From IMG/VR virus record IMGVR_UViG_3300012322_000001: 41,092 nt of DNA. The stretch is one strand, 5' to 3'. Positions 39,865 through 41,092 of this stretch are shown piece after piece. Positions within the stretch are counted from its first letter, which is position 1. The number at the start of each line of letters is the position of its first letter. The translations under genes and the position numbers were made by a program. The DNA comes from a virus. A model generated the notes under the pieces. The model was not told where the DNA came from and ran no database searches. It saw only the letters and a program-made list of their open reading frames with translations.

Positions 39865-40524
39865 ATGGCAGGACTACTCGGAGAGATCTTCAGCCAAGGG
39901 GACCGCGCGAAGCGATTCATTGGCGGCCTGCTGGGTGATCCCATCGGGACCATGGCTCAGACTGCCGGGTTGCTCGGCGACTTCCGCCGTGATGACCAGG
40001 CGCTGAACGCTCGAGCTTTTGCAGATCCTGCAAATCCCCTTCGGGTCACTGACCCATCCGCGATGCATCAGCTTGGTGATCGTATGCTTGCAGGTCCACT
40101 ATCCATGGCGCCTGTTGGCATGATCGGAGCCACATTCCCGCAGCAAGTCGATGAGCTGTTGCAGCAGATCACTTCCCTCCCCAAGGGTCAGCGGGCTGGC
40201 GTCCGTTTGCTTCCTGACGATGTGCCTACTCCGAACATCGGGGATGTGTTGTCGCCATCTTTCAAGTGGGCGGACGGCGTGCGTCAAGAACGTACTTTGC
40301 CAGGCACATCTGCGATGGATGTAAGCGGCAGAACACGCGGAGAAGTTGAGGCCGCTGTTCGGCGCCTTGGCTTGTTCAACACGCCAGGACAAGGCTACTA
40401 TCCTGGCAACAAGCTCGCCGTGATCTCTGGCGCGTCCAAGCGCAAGGGCGAAGATGTTGGAGAGACGATGATCAAAGACGCCATCGTCCGCTACCTCACA
40501 GATCCACCACTCGGGCCGCGCTAA
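39865..40524 (+). CDS. Hypothetical protein, 219 aa (N-terminus MAGLLGEIF), last late gene before attP
   Basis: Track ORF. AGGAGG lies upstream of the ATG. Confidence 0.65.
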   Translation: MAGLLGEIFSQGDRAKRFIGGLLGDPIGTMAQTAGLLGDFRRDDQALNARAFADPANPLRVTDPSAMHQLGDRMLAGPLSMAPVGMIGATFPQQVDELLQQITSLPKGQRAGVRLLPDDVPTPNIGDVLSPSFKWADGVRQERTLPGTSAMDVSGRTRGEVEAAVRRLGLFNTPGQGYYPGNKLAVISGASKRKGEDVGETMIKDAIVRYLTDPPLGPR

Positions 40525-40526
40525 TT

Positions 40527-40542
40527 GGTGGGGGGATTTTTG
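40527..40542 (+). repeat. Direct repeat GGTGGGGGGATTTTTG (candidate integrase arm-type site, copy 1)
   Basis: A near-identical copy lies at 40761-40775. The two copies flank the tRNA-derived core. Confidence 0.4.
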
Positions 40543-40641
40543 ACACAGACCCCGCACAGGCTTCACAGAATGCGGCTTCCGCACTCGCCCAAGCCCATGT
40601 AGATCAACAACTTGCGGCATCTGCACTGTCTGCGTACAAAA

Positions 40642-40699
<58 letters not shown>

Positions 40700-40705
40700 A
40701 GATGC

Positions 40706-40751
40706 AAGCCGCTTGAGTGCTATCAAATAGATAGTCTCAAGCGGCTTTTTT
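40706..40751 (+). terminator. Long hairpin followed by a T-run after the tRNA fragment; it overlaps the integrase stop codon
   Basis: AAGCCGCTTGAG ... CTCAAGCGGCTT (12 bp, with inner CTATC/GATAG pairing) followed by TTTT. The int stop (40737-40739) lies in the 3' arm. Confidence 0.6.
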
Positions 40752-41092
40752 GCGCTCTGCGGTGGGGGATTTTTGCCCTATCTTTTTGATCGCAAGATCG
40801 AGGGATCTTGTTGCCAGGTGGGAGTACCTAGCTGTACTCCGCTGATCACGATGTCCGAGCACGGCCCCCACGGTGTAGAGGTCGATGTCGTTGTTGATCA
40901 TCTCCGACGCCGCCGAGTGCCGCAGATCGTGGAAGTGCAGATCCTTGTGCCCTAGCGCCCTGGCCGCCTCGCGAAAGTACGACTGCACCGTAATCTTTGC
41001 AGGCTTGCGCGACGTGTTGTGCGCTGCCGTCCAGACTCGGGGATGAATCGGGACGATGCGCGGCTCGCCGTTCTTCGTGTCGTCCAAGTGCC
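40737..41092 (-). CDS. int: Tyrosine integrase, 3' portion (catalytic C-terminus)
   Basis: HDLRHSAAS, LGH and ARYSH (the H-x-x-R, H and Y of the tyrosine recombinase catalytic set). It is in frame with 1-773 through the 127-nt overlap. Confidence 0.9.
   Translation of the reverse strand, partial: HLDDTKNGEPRIVPIHPRVWTAAHNTSRKPAKITVQSYFREAARALGHKDLHFHDLRHSAASEMINNDIDLYTVGAVLGHRDQRSTARYSHLATRSLDLAIKKIGQKSPTAERKKAA
40761..40775 (+). repeat. Direct repeat GGTGGGGGATTTTTG (candidate arm-type site, copy 2; inside the int 3' end)
   Basis: Matches 40527-40542 except for one extra G in copy 1. Confidence 0.4.
40966..41092. repeat. Terminal overlap copy 2 (identical to 1-127)
   Basis: See 1-127. Confidence 0.95.

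Overview
The window is one complete temperate phage genome from a high-GC proteobacterial host, assembled as a closed circle. The first 127 nt are identical to the last 127 nt, so the unique length is 40,965 bp. This junction splits a tyrosine integrase gene that is intact once the circle is closed.

Layout:
- **Left arm, about 0.6-10.3 kb, minus strand.** A long chain of translationally coupled early genes. Recognisable products are xis and int, an ERF-type annealing protein, a possible SSB and a PAPS-reductase-like PP-loop protein. The rest are small unknown proteins, including two small membrane proteins and a lipoprotein.
- **Immunity region, 10.3-12.8 kb.** It is lambda-like. A cI-type HTH/S24 repressor is followed in the same transcription unit by a lipoprotein gene and a low-GC membrane-protein gene, and Cro is divergent. 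The palindrome AACTATAGTT occurs as operator sets at two loci about 1.57 kb apart. A 0.6-kb stretch downstream of the leftward promoter has no convincing gene and ends in an intrinsic terminator.
- **Right arm, plus strand.** In order: replication genes (O/DnaT-like initiator, DnaB-C/RecA-fold helicase), a Nin-like region (NinB, NinG), a Q-like regulator, terminase small and large subunits, portal, scaffold, major capsid, tail fibre and glycine-rich proteins, low-complexity internal or ejection-type proteins, and a lysis region.
- **attP.** It carries the 3' part of a tRNA-Ser(CGA).

No tape-measure, tube or sheath gene is visible, so a short-tailed virion is likely.

Most interesting items:
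1. A reverse-oriented, lower-GC three-gene cassette between the Q-like gene and the terminase, ending in a mini-HTH, with a palindrome inside its promoter. It looks like an acr-aca-type anti-defence operon or a defence moron.
2. The untranslated or ambiguous PL leader, together with a leftward operon punctuated by terminators, which implies an unidentified antitermination device.
3. A lambda R-type endolysin fused in frame to a membrane (holin-like) domain that has its own internal ribosome-binding site.
4. The cI-linked lipoprotein and membrane-protein pair, which sits in the position of rexAB.
5. A tail-fibre-like protein with a Sec signal peptide, encoded inside the head module.

All functional calls come from reading motifs by eye. 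No database search was run.
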